This document shows positions 60,368-64,000 of a DNA stretch of 64,000 nucleotides, piece after piece. Position numbers and translations under genes: made by a program. Where the stretch lies: positions 2,914,001-2,978,000 of the forward strand of contig CM026547.1 of assembly GCA_014905635.1 (NCBI GenBank). The letters run 5' to 3'. The notes under the pieces were generated by a model. It made no database searches, was not told where the DNA came from, and worked only from the letters and a program-made list of their open reading frames with translations. The number at the start of each line of letters is the position of its first letter. Within the stretch, counting starts at the first letter, position 1. This stretch comes from Scenedesmus sp. PABB004. Its lineage: Eukaryota.

Positions 60368-64000
<3,633 letters not shown>

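Overview
Extremely GC-rich (roughly 75-80% by eye), gene-dense eukaryotic nuclear DNA with many short (~80-200 nt) spliceosomal introns. TGTAA poly(A) signals, a plastid thioredoxin x, an OPR protein and a BSL1 phosphatase point to a chlorophyte green alga (probably Chlorophyceae/Sphaeropleales; inference). Most long ORFs in the six-frame track are GC-driven shadows. By hand I reconstructed about 25 intron-containing genes: prolyl-hydroxylase/GT60 fusion (truncated by the left edge), BTB protein, small TM protein, galactokinase, BSL1, TRX-x, FAM241-like, LarB/CpmA-like, organellar 5'-3' exonuclease, mL43, DCP2, RNase T2, ABCF, DEAD-box helicase, RRP7, BCS1, C2 coiled-coil protein, WDR62/MAPKBP1-like, mL45/Tim44-like, secreted Cys-rich protein, sulfotransferase-like, VPS54, RPE, VPS4 and an OPR protein (truncated by the right edge). 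Four observations stand out. (1) An in-frame fusion of an EGLN/PhyA-type prolyl 4-hydroxylase to a Gnt1/GT60 GlcNAc-transferase, a possible one-polypeptide oxygen-sensing glycosylation module. (2) A ~365-bp inverted duplication of upstream/promoter DNA bracketing a ~2.1-kb segment. (3) That segment carries a catalytically degenerate, probably plastid-targeted LarB-like gene. (4) An unusually high share of GC-AG introns (about 19 of about 110 by hand count, including all four in VPS4). Exon boundaries are manual reconstructions without RNA evidence.
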